NCBI GenBank assembly: GCA_013239625.1
Contig: MU053304.1
Coordinates: 1,488,001 to 1,552,000 of the forward strand
Reading direction: 5' to 3'
From: Lama guanicoe
Taxonomy: Eukaryota
DNA: 64,000 nucleotides
The notes under the pieces were generated by a model. It was not told the origin of the DNA and did not search any database. It saw only the letters and a program-made list of their open reading frames with translations. Positions 63,261-64,000 of the stretch are shown here, one piece after another. Numbering within the stretch: position 1 is the stretch's first letter; the number at the start of each line of letters is the position of its first letter. A program made the translations under genes and the position numbers.

Positions 63261-63571
63261 GTGCACTTGACAGTGGAGCAGTGGTGAAAAACAGCCCTTC
63301 TCCAGTGCCTCTTGCTGTTATATGGACAATTCATTTGCCTGAGCTCAGCACAGTTTTTAAAAATCGTCCTCTTGATTGATTTCATACTGAAAATAACTAT
63401 GATCCATGACATCAAATAATGCTCTTCCTTTATCTGAGATTTCTATTTTTCTAAGCCAAACATTTTTCAGACTGCAGAATGTTCTTCCCAGAACCATTTT
63501 GAAATTTCTGACTGTCTTACTTGTTTACACATATTTTAGAACTATTTAAATTTCCACTCACAATTTGCTCA

Positions 63572-63572
<1 letters not shown>

Positions 63573-63618
<46 letters not shown>
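63573..63618. repeat. (CA)23 microsatellite
   Basis: Uninterrupted CA run read directly from the sequence. Confidence 0.97.
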
Positions 63619-63620
<2 letters not shown>

Positions 63621-64000
63621 TACTTCAATATCATTGCCAGCGTCTTGGGTCAAATTTATCTAAAGTGAGTACAGACTATTCTCAATTATCCTCAGTAATT
63701 AGAGGCAGTCATGACACTAGTAATTGGAGTCACAGAATGTTACCCACGCCTAATTTTAGCCAGCAGTTTCAGTCTTTTATTCCATCAAATCCTTTAGGGC
63801 TGTTAACAGGTGATTACATGGACACATTACCTTTTTTGTTTCATCACCATTATTTTCTGCTCTAATGTCTACGGGGAGGGGATGTGTAATGAAAGGAACC
63901 ACCAAAATAACAATAATAATAAAAGGCAGCTAATGGAAAAGAGAAACAAAAGCATGGCTAATACACACACGCAGTATTACCTCCAATGATTAGAGAATTT

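Noticed and set aside
1..64000. CRISPR arrays, operons, prophage or other prokaryotic systems
   Set aside because: The window is intron-containing mammalian DNA; no regularly spaced repeat-spacer array or dense gene cluster is present.

Overview
This is mammalian genomic DNA, very likely camelid (camel/llama/alpaca): at least seven copies of a tRNA-derived SINE match the Tylopoda vic-1 type, and I see no Alu, Bov-tA/BovB, PRE-1 or Can-SINE. The window holds one complete protein-coding gene on the + strand, SLC16A14 (monocarboxylate transporter 14). It has a CpG-island promoter with a probable non-coding exon 1 (donor after 34545) and four coding exons (41306-41564, 47321-47464, 54330-55307, 61720-61871). 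These splice via GT-AG junctions into 1533 nt = 510 aa + stop. The first ~34 kb is repeat-rich intergenic DNA (L1, L2, MIR, MaLR LTRs, MER5/MER53), possibly starting in the extreme 3' end of the syntenic neighbour SP110. I found no convincing new multi-gene system, CRISPR array or RNA gene. The leads most worth checking are: a strong local GC/CpG shift across exon 4 that appears to have rewritten the cytoplasmic loop; an unexplained CpG-retaining, coding-like ~1.4 kb segment at 5.2-6.65 kb; a uORF in exon 1; a CpG-rich TA-flanked DNA transposon in the 3' UTR; and a 39-bp templated insertion inside an L1. Repeat family names and comparisons with human proteins come from recalled consensus sequences, not from a search, and old-repeat boundaries are approximate.
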